A stretch of 64,000 nucleotides of DNA, taken from assembly GCA_050018395.1 (NCBI GenBank), contig JBEKAC010000008.1, positions 27,414 through 91,413 of the forward strand. Reading direction: 5' to 3'. This DNA comes from Dehalococcoidales bacterium (GTDB taxonomy: Bacteria; Chloroflexota; Dehalococcoidia; Dehalococcoidales; RBG-16-60-22). Below the pieces are notes generated by a model that was not told where the DNA came from, made no database searches, and saw only the letters and a list, made by a program, of their open reading frames with translations. Both the position numbers and the translations under genes were made by a program. How positions within the stretch are numbered: the first letter of the stretch is position 1; each line of letters begins with the position of its first letter. Below, one piece after another: positions 53,817 through 63,140 of this stretch.

Positions 53817-54395
53817 TTATTTGGACCAGGGTCCCAGCGGCAGCAGGGTGTGTCCATAGACGCTGTTAATTGCCACCGCGATACCGCCGTAAGCCGCGGA
53901 AGCGCCGCAGAACAGGCCCTCGACGCCGGCGATCTTGGGAGACCAGCCGCCGATGAAGTGCCCCGCCAGAAGGATGAAGAGGATGGTCAACGAACCGAAG
54001 ACGAACGAATGGACAAAAGTGAGTTTAAGGGTGCCGATGAACATGAGGCCGGTGAAAATAGCGAAGAAGATGCACATCCAGCCCAGCGCCTTGGGTTCCG
54101 CCGGTACCAGGTGGGTCCATACCAGCAGGAAATAACCGCCTAACGCCATCCAGAACAGCCCATAGGAGGTGAAAGCCGCCAGCCCGAAGGTATCGCCGCG
54201 TTTGGCTTCTACCGTGCCGACGATTACCTGGGCGAGGCCGCCCCAGAAAAACCCGAACACGAGCGGAACCGGATTACCGATGATCCCCAGGTTGAAAATT
54301 TGGAGCAGCATCGTGCTGAACCCGAATGCTATCAGACCCAGGGCGCCCGGATTGGCCATTTTCATTTGTACATTAGTCGAGTCTTGTGTCACCAA
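53817..54395 (-). CDS. satP: GPR1/FUN34/YaaH-family acetate (succinate-acetate) channel
   Basis: Signature NPGALGLIAFGFSTMLLQ and six TM helices. Located downstream of acs. Confidence 0.85.
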   Translation of the reverse strand: MVTQDSTNVQMKMANPGALGLIAFGFSTMLLQIFNLGIIGNPVPLVFGFFWGGLAQVIVGTVEAKRGDTFGLAAFTSYGLFWMALGGYFLLVWTHLVPAEPKALGWMCIFFAIFTGLMFIGTLKLTFVHSFVFGSLTILFILLAGHFIGGWSPKIAGVEGLFCGASAAYGGIAVAINSVYGHTLLPLGPWSK

Positions 54396-54463
54396 ATACC
54401 TCCAAAAAAATTATAATTAACGGCCGGAGAGGAAATCACCGCCCCGGCCGTTTTTCCCGTGGT

Positions 54464-56491
54464 TTATTTCTTTTTACCGGCGACCAGCGTCTGCACGACC
54501 GACGGGTCGGCCAGTGTGGAAGTATCACCCAGGTTATCCGTATTGCCGGCGGCGATTTTCACCAGGATGCGGCGCATGATCTTGCCGCTACGGGTCTTGG
54601 GCAGGCCGTCAGCGAACTGGATGACGTCCGGCGTGGCGATGGGCCCGATTTGCTTGCGGACGTGCGCTTTCAGTTCGGCTTCCAGTTCCGGGCTCGGCTT
54701 TTCGCCGGTTTTCAGTGTGACGTAGGCATAGATGCCTTCGCCCTTCAGCGAGTGGGGCATCGGGACGACGGCGGCTTCAGCTACCCTGTGATGGGACACC
54801 AGGCTGCTTTCCACCTCGGCGGTGCCGATGCGGTGGCCGGAGACTTTAATTACATCGTCGATGCGTCCCATCAGCCAGTAGTAGCCGTCTTTATCCTTGC
54901 GGGCGCCGTCACCCGTGCAGTAAACGCCCGGGAACTTGCTGAAATAGGTCTCCTTGAACCGGGCGGGATCGCCCCAGATGGTGCGCATCATGCCGGGCCA
55001 GGGTTTCTTGATGCAGAGCCAGCCGCCTTCATTCTCCCCGACCGGCTTGCCGTCTTCGGCAAGAATAACAGGTTCGACGCCGGGGAAGGGCAGAGAAGCG
55101 GAACCGGGCTTGATGGGCATGGCGCCGGGGAGTGGGGTGATCAGGATGCCGCCGGTTTCCGTCTGCCACCAGGTATCCACGATGGGGCATTTCTCTTTAC
55201 CGATAACGCGGTAGTACCACATCCACGCTTCGGGGTTAATGGGTTCGCCCACGCTGCCGAGGAGGCGGAGGCTGGAAAGGTCGCGTTTATTGGGTAATTC
55301 CTCGCCCTCTCTCATCAAAGCACGGATGACCGTGGGTGCGGTATAGAAAACATTGACTCTGTATTTCTCTACGATTTGCCAGAACCTGTCCGCGGCGGGA
55401 TAGGTGGGGACGCTTTCGAACATAAGGCTGGTAGCGCCGGAGGATAAAGGCCCGTAAACGATATAGCTATGGCCGGTAATCCAGCCAACGTCGGCGGTGC
55501 ACCAGTAGACATCCTCATCCTTGATATCGAAGATCCATTTCATGCTCAAATAGCAGTGGAGCAGGTACCCGGCCTGCGTGTGGAGGACGCCTTTGGGCTT
55601 ACCGGTGCTGCCGCTGGTGTAAAGCACGAAAAGCGGCTCGTCGGCATCCATTTGCTCCGGCTCGCACTTGGCAGACAAATCGGGGGCATTCATCAGCTCA
55701 TGCCACCAGGAGTCTCTGCCGGCCGTCATGTTGATTTCAATGCCGAGCCTTTTTACGATAATTGCCTTTTTAATGGTAGGACAAACAGCCATAGCAGAAT
55801 CGGCGCCGTCTTTGCTCTTGATCTGCTTGCCGCTGCGCCAGTAACCATCCGCCGTGATGAGTAATGACGATTTGAGGTCGAGAATACGGTCCCTCAGAGC
55901 TTCAGCGCTGAAACCGCCGAATACCACGCTGTGGATCGCCCCGATGCGGGCGCAGGCCAGCATGGCTATCGCCAGCTCCGGAATCATCGGCAGATAGATG
56001 GAAACAGAATCGCCTTTCTTAATGCCCATTTTCTTCAGCACATTGGCGAATTTGCATACTTCGTGGTGAAGCTGCTGGTAGGTAAATGTCCGCACATCGC
56101 TGTCCGGTTCACCCTGCCAGATGAGGGCGGCTTTGTTCTTGCGTGCCGTCTTGAGATGCCGGTCGAGGCAGTTATAGGCTATGTTTATTTTCCCGCCGAC
56201 GAAGTGCCTTACATCCGGCTTGTCTTTAAAATCAGCTATCTCGTACTTGTCCCATTTCTTGTACCATTCCAGCTCTTCCGCCCATTTTCCCCAGAACTTG
56301 TCCGGGTTTTTGATGGACTCGTCATACAGCGCCTTGTACTCGGCCATACTTTTTACCGCGGCCTTTTTAGCGAACTCCGGCGGCACGGGGAATACGCGGT
56401 TCTCTTCCATCATGGAGGAGATAGCCTGGTCGGATATTTGCCCCAGGATTTCTTCTTTGGCCTTGGTCTCTTTGTTGTCCTTGGTACTCAC
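54464..56491 (-). CDS. acs: acetyl-CoA synthetase (AMP-forming)
   Basis: 675 aa with [27 protein letters not shown], and [20 protein letters not shown]...[15 protein letters not shown] start with AAGGAG upstream. Confidence 0.95.
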   Translation of the reverse strand: MSTKDNKETKAKEEILGQISDQAISSMMEENRVFPVPPEFAKKAAVKSMAEYKALYDESIKNPDKFWGKWAEELEWYKKWDKYEIADFKDKPDVRHFVGGKINIAYNCLDRHLKTARKNKAALIWQGEPDSDVRTFTYQQLHHEVCKFANVLKKMGIKKGDSVSIYLPMIPELAIAMLACARIGAIHSVVFGGFSAEALRDRILDLKSSLLITADGYWRSGKQIKSKDGADSAMAVCPTIKKAIIVKRLGIEINMTAGRDSWWHELMNAPDLSAKCEPEQMDADEPLFVLYTSGSTGKPKGVLHTQAGYLLHCYLSMKWIFDIKDEDVYWCTADVGWITGHSYIVYGPLSSGATSLMFESVPTYPAADRFWQIVEKYRVNVFYTAPTVIRALMREGEELPNKRDLSSLRLLGSVGEPINPEAWMWYYRVIGKEKCPIVDTWWQTETGGILITPLPGAMPIKPGSASLPFPGVEPVILAEDGKPVGENEGGWLCIKKPWPGMMRTIWGDPARFKETYFSKFPGVYCTGDGARKDKDGYYWLMGRIDDVIKVSGHRIGTAEVESSLVSHHRVAEAAVVPMPHSLKGEGIYAYVTLKTGEKPSPELEAELKAHVRKQIGPIATPDVIQFADGLPKTRSGKIMRRILVKIAAGNTDNLGDTSTLADPSVVQTLVAGKKK

Positions 56492-56573
56492 TTGTATCTA
56501 ACTCCTTTTCTCTTTGTGGCTGTTCACTTCATGATTCCCGGTACTGAGTAATCATGTTAAGTATACCACTTTA

Positions 56574-56855
56574 TTACCATCTTTCCTTAATGAGCCAGCG
56601 TAAAAGCCGGGTGGCATGGTTTTTGTCCAGATTGCTGACCCATCTCTCCAGGGTTTCCATGTCGCCGTTGATCAGGGCATCCATCTCGGCGTGGGAAAGG
56701 GTGTAGTAGTTATCCGGTTCGTTGGCGGGCACACCCATATCGCCTTCCAGCAGCTGGTGGTCATCGGTGACTTTAGCCAGGGCGGCCAGGACGGCTTTTC
56801 TCTTTTCCTGCCGGTCTTCCTGACCTGCCTGTTTGCTTTCTCTTCTGCGCCCCAA
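56574..56855 (-). CDS. small hypothetical protein (LigA-subunit/NHLP-like helical motif)
   Basis: 93 aa. Basic N-terminus, then YYTLSHAEMDALINGDMETLERWVSNL. The family assignment is tentative. Confidence 0.35.
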   Translation of the reverse strand: MGRRRESKQAGQEDRQEKRKAVLAALAKVTDDHQLLEGDMGVPANEPDNYYTLSHAEMDALINGDMETLERWVSNLDKNHATRLLRWLIKERW

Positions 56856-57006
56856 ACGGTCTCCCCGGTAATACCCAACACTTTCTATTATAATGCTAGC
56901 ACCCGCCCGAATCCACCAAACCGCCCGGCCGATATATCTTGGCCGTCATTAAGTCGTACGCAGATATGCCCCTTAGTACTAGTCCTCCGGTGCTAGTCCC
57001 CCGCAA

Positions 57007-57035
57007 TTGCGAATTTATACGGAACGTTCTAAAAT
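57007..57035 (+). promoter_or_regulatory. sigma70-like promoter of the two-component operon
   Basis: TTGCGA (57007-57012), 17 nt, TAAAAT (57030-57035). GGAG precedes the ATG at 57079. Confidence 0.45.
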
Positions 57036-57078
57036 ATAGGTGAGCGCCCCCGCTTAAAACCGGGACTCCAGGAGCAGG

Positions 57079-57741
57079 ATGAAAACCAGGATTTTAATCG
57101 CCGACGACCACGCCATGCTTAGAGAGGGGATGCGCAACCTCCTTGAGCAGGAAAAAGACTTTGAACTGGTAGGCGAGGCCACCGACGGCGAAGAAGCCGT
57201 GCGCCTGGCCAAAGAGCTGAAGCCGGATATCGTTATCATGGATATCGTCATGCCCAAGCTCAACGGCGTCGAGGCCACCAAGCAGATCAAGCAGGTGGCT
57301 CCCCCCACCGCCCTGCTGATTCTCACCGCCTACAGCGATATCCGCTATATCATCGGCCTGCTGGAAGCCGGCGCCTGCGGCTACCTGCTGAAAAACTCGC
57401 CCGGCCGGGACGTCGTGAAAGCGATACGCGCCGTGCGCTCCGGCGAATCCGTGCTCGACCCGGAGGTGACGCGCAAGCTGGTGCAGCGTCTGGCCAATAT
57501 CTCCAAGAGCCAGGACGAGCGGGAAACCGGCGGGCAGCTTACCTCGCGGGAAATGGAGATCCTGAAATGGGCGTCCCGCGGATTGAGCAACAAGGAAATG
57601 TCGGAAAAGCTGTTCATCAGCCTGCGCACCGTCAAGGCCCACATGACCAATATCTTCAACAAGCTCGGCTGCTCCAGCCGCACGGATGCCATCATTAAAG
57701 GACTCAAGCAGGGATACATTGACCTTGACGATATACAGTAG
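57079..57741 (+). CDS. NarL/LuxR-family response regulator
   Basis: REC domain (ILIADDH ... DIVIMDIVMPKLNG ... LTAYSD) plus a LuxR HTH (LTSREMEILKWASRGLSNKEMSEKLFISLRTVKAHMTNIF). Confidence 0.9.
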   Translation: MKTRILIADDHAMLREGMRNLLEQEKDFELVGEATDGEEAVRLAKELKPDIVIMDIVMPKLNGVEATKQIKQVAPPTALLILTAYSDIRYIIGLLEAGACGYLLKNSPGRDVVKAIRAVRSGESVLDPEVTRKLVQRLANISKSQDERETGGQLTSREMEILKWASRGLSNKEMSEKLFISLRTVKAHMTNIFNKLGCSSRTDAIIKGLKQGYIDLDDIQ

Positions 57742-57774
57742 CTTTTATTTGAATATATTCCCTCCCTTCCCCTC

Positions 57775-58854
57775 TTGAAAACAGATATGGACGCAGCCGA
57801 GAAAAACCACAACGTCTCCGAACAGAAGTACCGCCACCTCTTCGAGTGCGCCTCGGACGCCATTTGGATTCAGGACGTCGGCGGCCACTTCGAGGATGGC
57901 AATAAGGGCTGGGAAAAGCTGACCGGCTTTACGGTGGCGGAAATCAAGGGCAAACACCTCTCCCGGTTCCTGGCCCCGGAAGCGCTGGCACTGGCGAGGG
58001 AGGTGCGTAAAAAGCTGGTCAGGGGGGAGGACTTTGAGCAGCCGTACGAGCAGCAGGTGCTGGTCAAAGGCGGCGCCGCCAAGACGGTCAAAATGTCCAC
58101 CAACGCTATTATCTCCAACGGGAGAATTACCGGCTTCGAGCACGTAGCCCGGGACGTGACGCAAGAAAAACAAACCCAGGAAAACATGCGCGCCTACCTC
58201 CAGCAGATAACCCGCGCCCAGGAGGAAGAACGCAAACGCATCTCGCGCGACCTGCACGATGATGTCTCGCCGGACCTCATCATCCTCATCCAGAAACTGG
58301 ATCAATTAGCCGCGGCCCCCCGCCTGAAACTGGCGACGATTAAAGAAAACCTCGAGGATATCCGCGGCCAGGCTGTGAAAGCGCTGGAAGGACTGCGTGC
58401 GACGGCCCAGGGACTGCGCCCCCGCGTAATCGACGACCTCGGGCTGGTGGCCGCCCTCGAGTGGATCGCCGAGGAGCTGGAAAGGGCGCAGCACATCCGT
58501 ACCCGGGTGGAGACGAAAAACATGGAGCGGACGCTCCCGCCGGAGACGCAAATATTGCTTTTCCGCATCGCCCAGGAGGCGCTGAACAACATCCGTAAAT
58601 ACGCCAGAGCTGCTAACGTATCCATCCGGCTGGATGGCGGCGAAAAGAACATCCGCATGACGGTCACCGATGACGGGCAGGGCTTCGAGGCCCCCGGTAA
58701 AATTGAGAAAATGGTCAGCGCCGGCCGGCTGGGGCTGATGGGTATGCACGAGCGGGCCAGGCTGCTGAACGGCACTTTGCAGATAAAATCGGCGCCGGGG
58801 AAGGGCACGGTCATTACCATTATGCTGCCCTGGCCGGCCAATGACTATGCATGA
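57775..58854 (+). CDS. cytoplasmic PAS-domain sensor histidine kinase (HisKA_3 type)
   Basis: PAS region, H-box RISRDLHDDVSPDL, and a HATPase (N-box EALNNIRKYA, G-boxes DDGQGF and GLMGMHERA). No TM helices. The start could be the TTG at 57775 or the ATG at 57787. Confidence 0.85.
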   Translation: MKTDMDAAEKNHNVSEQKYRHLFECASDAIWIQDVGGHFEDGNKGWEKLTGFTVAEIKGKHLSRFLAPEALALAREVRKKLVRGEDFEQPYEQQVLVKGGAAKTVKMSTNAIISNGRITGFEHVARDVTQEKQTQENMRAYLQQITRAQEEERKRISRDLHDDVSPDLIILIQKLDQLAAAPRLKLATIKENLEDIRGQAVKALEGLRATAQGLRPRVIDDLGLVAALEWIAEELERAQHIRTRVETKNMERTLPPETQILLFRIAQEALNNIRKYARAANVSIRLDGGEKNIRMTVTDDGQGFEAPGKIEKMVSAGRLGLMGMHERARLLNGTLQIKSAPGKGTVITIMLPWPANDYA

Positions 58855-60031
58855 TGTAATCATCATCGGCGGCGGCCCCGCCGGGAGCCATACCGCCCGC
58901 CGCCTGGCGGAACACGGCCACCGGGTGCTGGTGCTGGAGAAAAACGCCCGGGCAGGAGAAAAGTCCTGCTGCACGGGCCTCGTCGGCATGGAGTGCGTAA
59001 AAACTTTTGAAATCGATGATAAAGTCATTCTCCGCCGGCTGAACAGCGCCACGCTTTATGCGCCTTCGGGTACCAATTTCCGTTTATACCGCGACGAGCC
59101 GCAGGCCTGCGTGCTGGACCGGCGGGCTTTTGACGTGGCGATGGCGGAACGGGCGCAGCACGCCGGGGCGGAATACCGCTTTCAAAGCCGGGCAACCGGC
59201 ATCACGATGGAAAGCGACTGTGCCCTCGTGACCGTGTCTTACGGCGATAAAGAAACTCAAATTCAAGCCAGGGCCGTTGTTATCGCCAGCGGCTTTACGC
59301 CGGGCTTAGTTGAACGGGCGGGGCTGGGGGTCTTTAAAGACCATGTTACCGGCGTCCAGGTAGAAACCGAAACCCCCGGGCTGGAAGAAACGGAGGTCTA
59401 CTTCGGGGACATGGCGCCGGGTTTCTTCAGCTGGCTGGTGCCTACCTCGCCCGGCATGGGGCGGGTCGGGCTTTTAGCGCGCCGGGACGCGGGGCAGCAC
59501 CTGAAAAAGTGGCTGCAATTCCTGGCTGCCCAGGGGAAAATAGCTTCCGCGGATATGTCGCTGAACTACGGCGCCATACCCTTGAGGCCGCCGGCGCGCA
59601 CCTATGGAGAAAGACTAATCGCCGTCGGCGATGCCGCCGGACAGGTAAAGCCTACCAGCGGCGGCGGTATTTTTTACGGCCTGCTGGGGGCGGATATTGC
59701 GGCGGAAACCCTGCACCGGGCGCTTGTAAATGATGACCTTTCCGCTCAAAGTCTGGAGCATTACGAGCGCGCCTGGCGGAAAAGGCTGGGCGGGGAAATC
59801 AGGACGGGTTACTGGGCGCGTAAAATCTTCGAGAAAATGAGCGACCGGCAAATCGACCGGCTTTTTAGTGTGATCAAAAAAAGCGGCATCGATGCCGCCC
59901 TGCTCAAAGCCGATGACGTGTCCTTCGACTGGCACGGCCGGACGATAAAGAAGGTGCTGAAGTACCAGGTGGTCACCAAAACCCTGGGCATCGTCCGGCT
60001 GCCTTTCCGGTCAAGAAGCATTGACCCCTGA
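58841..60031 (+). CDS. geranylgeranyl-reductase-family FAD-dependent oxidoreductase
   Basis: DVIIIGGGPAGSHTARRLAEHGHRVLVLEK dinucleotide fold and GDAAGQVKPTSGGGI. It overlaps the kinase gene by 14 nt. Confidence 0.75.
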   Translation: MTMHDVIIIGGGPAGSHTARRLAEHGHRVLVLEKNARAGEKSCCTGLVGMECVKTFEIDDKVILRRLNSATLYAPSGTNFRLYRDEPQACVLDRRAFDVAMAERAQHAGAEYRFQSRATGITMESDCALVTVSYGDKETQIQARAVVIASGFTPGLVERAGLGVFKDHVTGVQVETETPGLEETEVYFGDMAPGFFSWLVPTSPGMGRVGLLARRDAGQHLKKWLQFLAAQGKIASADMSLNYGAIPLRPPARTYGERLIAVGDAAGQVKPTSGGGIFYGLLGADIAAETLHRALVNDDLSAQSLEHYERAWRKRLGGEIRTGYWARKIFEKMSDRQIDRLFSVIKKSGIDAALLKADDVSFDWHGRTIKKVLKYQVVTKTLGIVRLPFRSRSIDP

Positions 60032-60078
60032 CGCCCATAACGTTTAGAATGAAGCAGAATAAAAACAGGGAGAGGCAG

Positions 60079-60891
60079 ATGGCAGACACGACCGAACACA
60101 TCCCCAGCCTGGGCGAGGCGGTAACGCTTTACCTGGGCAAACTCACGCCTAAAGTCCGGGAAAACAGCCAGCCGGAGGTATACAGATTCGCCCGGTGGTA
60201 CGGCTGGGAAAGCTCCTTTGAAAAGCTGGCCGGGCCCGCCGTGGCCAGCTACGCCGAACAGCTCGATGTATCTGATTTGGACTATGAAAAAAAGTTCGGA
60301 GTCCTGCGCGCTTTCCTCGCTTACGCCAAAAAAGCCGGCTGGAGCCAGTCTAACCTGGCCACGCACCTCAAGACCAAGAAAAGCAAAACCGGCGCTGCGG
60401 TGACGGCCGGCGGTAAAAACCAGCCGGAAACCGTGGCTTTGACGCAGCAGCGCTACGATGAAATGAAAGCGGAGCTGGAAACGCTGAAAAAGCGGAGCCG
60501 CGAACTAATGGCGGAAATCCAGCGGGCCGCCGCGGATAAAGACTTCCGGGAAAACGCGCCGCTGCACGCCGCCAGGGAAGAGCGGGGACACGTGGACGGG
60601 CGTATCAAAGAGCTTGAGCAGACGGTGAAAGCGGCGAGCATTATCGAGGAGAAAAAGGAACCCACCAAAAAATCGACGATTGGAGATAGCATCGTCATAT
60701 GTGAGATGGCTTCCGGCGAGGAATCCCGCTATATGATCGTCGACCCGCGGGAGGTCAACATCGCCAAGGGGAAAATATCCATCGCCTCGCCGCTGGGCAA
60801 GCAGCTCCTGGGAAGGTGTGACGGGGATATCGTGGAGATAACGGCGCCCGTCGGCAAGGTGCGCTATCAGATCAAGCACGTCGAGCGCTAG
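60079..60891 (+). CDS. greA: GreA-family transcript cleavage factor with an N-terminal extension of about 115 aa
   Basis: C-terminal 155 aa: a coiled-coil (RYDEMKAELETLKK...DFRENAPLHAAREERGHVDGRIKELE) plus a globular domain (ISIASPLGKQLLGRCDGDIVEI). The ATG at 60079 follows GGGAGAGG. Confidence 0.75.
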   Translation: MADTTEHIPSLGEAVTLYLGKLTPKVRENSQPEVYRFARWYGWESSFEKLAGPAVASYAEQLDVSDLDYEKKFGVLRAFLAYAKKAGWSQSNLATHLKTKKSKTGAAVTAGGKNQPETVALTQQRYDEMKAELETLKKRSRELMAEIQRAAADKDFRENAPLHAAREERGHVDGRIKELEQTVKAASIIEEKKEPTKKSTIGDSIVICEMASGEESRYMIVDPREVNIAKGKISIASPLGKQLLGRCDGDIVEITAPVGKVRYQIKHVER

Positions 60892-60921
60892 CCCGTATAT
60901 GCTATAATAGTCTTGTCACAC

Positions 60922-60997
60922 GGGGATATAGCTCAGCCGGGAGAGCGCCGCGTTCGCATCGCGGAGGTCGGGGGTTCGAATCCCCCTATCTCCACCA
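60922..60997 (+). tRNA. tRNA-Ala (anticodon CGC)
   Basis: GGGGATATAGCTCAGCCGGGAGAGCGCCGCGTTCGCATCGCGGAGGTCGGGGGTTCGAATCCCCCTATCTCCACCA. Clean cloverleaf with the G3:U70 Ala identity pair, anticodon loop TTCGCAT, and an encoded CCA. Confidence 0.9.
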
Positions 60998-61007
60998 TAA
61001 TTTATAA

Positions 61008-61093
61008 AGCTGGGAGAGCGTCCCGATTATATCGGGAAGGTCGGTGGTTCGCCCGTCCCGAGACACGCTAAGGGAAATCCCCCTATCTCCACC
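61008..61093 (+). pseudogene. tRNA-like relic (no acceptor stem, 24-nt insertion in the T loop)
   Basis: It shares GGGAGAGCG and the last 18 nt (AATCCCCCTATCTCCACC, 61076-61093 = 60979-60996) with tRNA-Ala. It differs in the anticodon arm (TCCCG-ATTATAT-CGGGA, anticodon TAT), lacks a 5' acceptor strand, and has 24 nt inserted between GGTTCG and AATCC. Confidence 0.6.
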
Positions 61094-61409
61094 TAACGAT
61101 TTCTTGCTACCGGAGCCTGATTTAGCTTCAACTATTTACAATTACCCGGTTTTGGGTATATATTTAAAGTATAGTTCCAGTTTAGGTTAATTAAGCCTCC
61201 TTGAGATACTTCTAGTTTTACATCAAGCGTTGGATGACCCGAGCTCTAACTAAATTTCAATAGAGAGAGGCATCCAATATATATCCAGGATAAAACCCTC
61301 ACCCATTTCAACTGCAATAGTTTCTTTATCTTCAGAATTGAAGAACAGAGCTGCCGTTCTTTATCCACGCTTGCTACCACTTGGAAACTACGCCTTATGG
61401 AGAACTAAT

Positions 61410-62927
61410 ATGAAAATACTGCTCGTATATCCCCGGTACCCGGATACTTTCTGGAGCTTCAGGCACGCTTTGAAGTTCTTATCGAAAAAAGCCACCTTCC
61501 CGCCGTTGGGACTGCTTACCGTGGCCGCCATGCTTCCCTCCGAATGGGAGAAAAGAGTGGTAGACCTGAACGTGAAACCGGTGAGCGACGAAAATCTTAA
61601 ATGGGCTGACTACGTTTTCGTCAGTGCCATGGTGGTGCAGAAGGATTCCGCCAGGGAAGTGATAGAAAGTTGCCGGCGTTTGAATATCAAAGTAGTGGCC
61701 GGCGGGCCCCTTTTCACGACCGGCTATGAAGATTTCCCCGGAGTTGACCACTTTGTACTGGGCGAAGCTGAAGTTACCCTCCCGGTATTTTTAAGAGACC
61801 TGGCTCAAGGGCATCCGCAGCACATTTATGCATCCGATGAACGCCCTGATATCAATAACACGCCCATCCCGTTGTGGTCGCTGCTGAACATGAAAGATTA
61901 TTCGGCGATGAGCCTGCAGTATTCCCGGGGATGCCCTTTTGATTGTGACTTTTGCGATATTGTCGTGCTTAACGGCCATACGCCCAGGACCAAGGGCAGC
62001 CAGCAAATGGTTGATGAACTTGAAGCGTTATACGACCACAACTGGCGGGGCAGCCTGTTTATCGTCGATGACAATTTCATCGGCAATAAGAAAAAACTGA
62101 AAGAGGAAACCCTGCCGGCGATGATCGAATGGTCGAAGAAGAAAAAGAACCCCTTCACGTTTTTCACCGAAGCATCCATTAATCTCGCCGATGATGATGC
62201 TTTGATGGATCTAATGACCGAGGCAGGTTTTAATCGGGTTTTTATTGGTATTGAAACTCCAGATGAAGACAGCCTGCTGGAGTGTAACAAGCTGCAAAAC
62301 AGAAACCGTGATTTGGCCGAAGCCGTGAAAAAAATCCAGAACCACGGTCTGGAGGTACAGGGAGGCTTTATCCTCGGTTTTGATAGCGACCCGGCTTCCA
62401 TCTTCAAGAAACAGATTAACTTTATTCAAAAGACCGGCATCGTGACCGCGATGGTCGGCTTGCTTAATGCTCCTAACGGCACAAAACTCTACCAGCGGCT
62501 CAAGAAAGAGAACCGCCTGCTGAAAAATTTCTCCGGGGATAATACGGACTTTTCCCTGAACTTTGTTCCCAAGATGAAATATGAAACGCTGGTAACCGGC
62601 TATAAACAAGTCCTGGATACAATCTATTCCCCGCGCCAATATTACGAGCGTGTCGTGGCTTTCCTTAAAGAATTTAAGCCGCGTAAGACGGCCGGAATAT
62701 CCCAGCTGCGGCTCTCCCATGTCACTAGTTTTATCAGATCCGTCTGGTTTTTAGGTGTCCAGCATAAAGGGAGAAGATATTTCTGGAGACTCCTTATTAC
62801 GACGTTACTGAAGCGGCCGCGTCACTTCCCCTTATCCATCAGCTTATCCGTCTCGGGTTTCCATTTCCGCAAGGTGACCGAGAGCTATAATAAGACCATT
62901 CTCGCGTTACACGGTCAAAACACGTAA
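61410..62927 (+). CDS. B12-binding radical SAM protein (class B, DUF4070-type C-terminus)
   Basis: MKILLVYPRYPDTFWSF...PPLGLLTVAAMLP (B12-binding region) and CPFDCDFC (CxxxCxxC). Tracked ORF trimmed to the ATG at 61410. The gene is visibly AT-richer than its flanks. Confidence 0.8.
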   Translation: MKILLVYPRYPDTFWSFRHALKFLSKKATFPPLGLLTVAAMLPSEWEKRVVDLNVKPVSDENLKWADYVFVSAMVVQKDSAREVIESCRRLNIKVVAGGPLFTTGYEDFPGVDHFVLGEAEVTLPVFLRDLAQGHPQHIYASDERPDINNTPIPLWSLLNMKDYSAMSLQYSRGCPFDCDFCDIVVLNGHTPRTKGSQQMVDELEALYDHNWRGSLFIVDDNFIGNKKKLKEETLPAMIEWSKKKKNPFTFFTEASINLADDDALMDLMTEAGFNRVFIGIETPDEDSLLECNKLQNRNRDLAEAVKKIQNHGLEVQGGFILGFDSDPASIFKKQINFIQKTGIVTAMVGLLNAPNGTKLYQRLKKENRLLKNFSGDNTDFSLNFVPKMKYETLVTGYKQVLDTIYSPRQYYERVVAFLKEFKPRKTAGISQLRLSHVTSFIRSVWFLGVQHKGRRYFWRLLITTLLKRPRHFPLSISLSVSGFHFRKVTESYNKTILALHGQNT

Positions 62928-63140
62928 AGATTATAGGTGCCTTCGGTAAAGCGGCGGACTTAAAGCGACAGAAGTATAACCAGACTTCTTTGTGCGTTCA
63001 TCTTTAGTGATTTTTCGCGTGCTGTAAATAGGGCTAGCAAAAACAATCGCCTTTAAACTCATTTCACCTTATATTTTCATCTTTTCATAATCGATGGCTA
63101 AATTCCCCGGCATAAGTTATCATATCAGGGGATAATACCG

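Noticed and set aside
54386-55297. 303-aa plus-strand ORF, plus 55931..56551
   Set aside because: Both are antisense to acetyl-CoA synthetase.
58306-59052. 248-aa minus-strand ORF
   Set aside because: It is antisense to the histidine kinase and flavoprotein genes and bridges their junction.
61008-61093. A functional tRNA-Ile(UAU) gene
   Set aside because: No 5' acceptor strand can pair with the 3' end, the D stem is truncated, and the T loop is interrupted by 24 nt. It is treated as a relic.
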